From positions 1-64,000 of IMG/VR virus record IMGVR_UViG_3300006674_000076: a stretch of 64,000 nucleotides of DNA. The stretch is one strand, 5' to 3'. Shown one piece after another: positions 63,828-64,000 of this stretch. Source of the stretch: an uncultured virus (IMG/VR IMGVR_UViG_3300006674_000076). Lineage: Duplodnaviria; Heunggongvirae; Uroviricota; Caudoviricetes. Each line of letters begins with the position of its first letter. The stretch's first letter is position 1. The notes beneath the pieces were generated by a model. That model saw only the letters and a list, made by a program, of their open reading frames with translations, was not told the DNA's origin and searched no databases. A program made the position numbers and the translations under genes.

Positions 63828-64000
63828 ATGATTACAGGTCTAATCGGTAGTGTTTGGTGTCTAAGCAAAATAGAAGATTTGACAAAACCGATAGACCGTG
63901 TTAAGGAGAGCCTGCCATTTTGTGGTGGGCTCTCCAATTGGCATTTTGAAATGATAATGAGTGAAGCTTTGGTTGATGGCTCTAAAAGTGTTACACCAGT
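63828..64000 (+). CDS. tail protein, 5' fragment
   Basis: DNA matches start of 24366..24758; cut by window edge. Confidence 0.7.
   Translation, partial: MITGLIGSVWCLSKIEDLTKPIDRVKESLPFCGGLSNWHFEMIMSEALVDGSKSVTP

Noticed and set aside
1..64000. Integrated prophage, tRNA genes, IS elements
   Set aside because: No integrase, transposase, att duplication, cloverleaf or host flanks recognised in the window

Overview
The whole window is tailed-phage DNA (siphovirus-like, Gram-positive-type signals: strong AAGGAGG RBSs, TTGACA/TATAAT promoters, SLH-domain endolysins). It is a head-to-tail chain of related ~39.4-kb units: end of a tail/lysis region (1-2580), early/replication module A (2600-16821), packaging-head-tail genes (16845-37185), a second lysis cassette (37205-38801), a different early/replication module B (38827-56223), then a second packaging-head-tail copy cut by the window edge (56247-64000). 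I found no integrase, att site, tRNA, CRISPR array or host housekeeping synteny, so this is either a natural cointegrate of two sibling phages or an assembly path through two circular genomes sharing near-identical blocks. Module A replicates lambda-style (initiator with internal 23-bp iterons plus DnaC-like loader). Module B has no recognisable initiator or loader but carries a compact bacterial oriC look-alike (six co-oriented DnaA boxes, DnaA-trios, AT-rich tract) near a beta-clamp gene. Other notable signals: a candidate ~115-nt sRNA with anti-Shine-Dalgarno loops, an amidase homologue lacking all catalytic residues, an Ocr-like acidic protein, conserved internal starts for a stand-alone SLH subunit in both endolysins, and an unannotated conserved protamine-like peptide. 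All family calls are by motif recognition, not database search.
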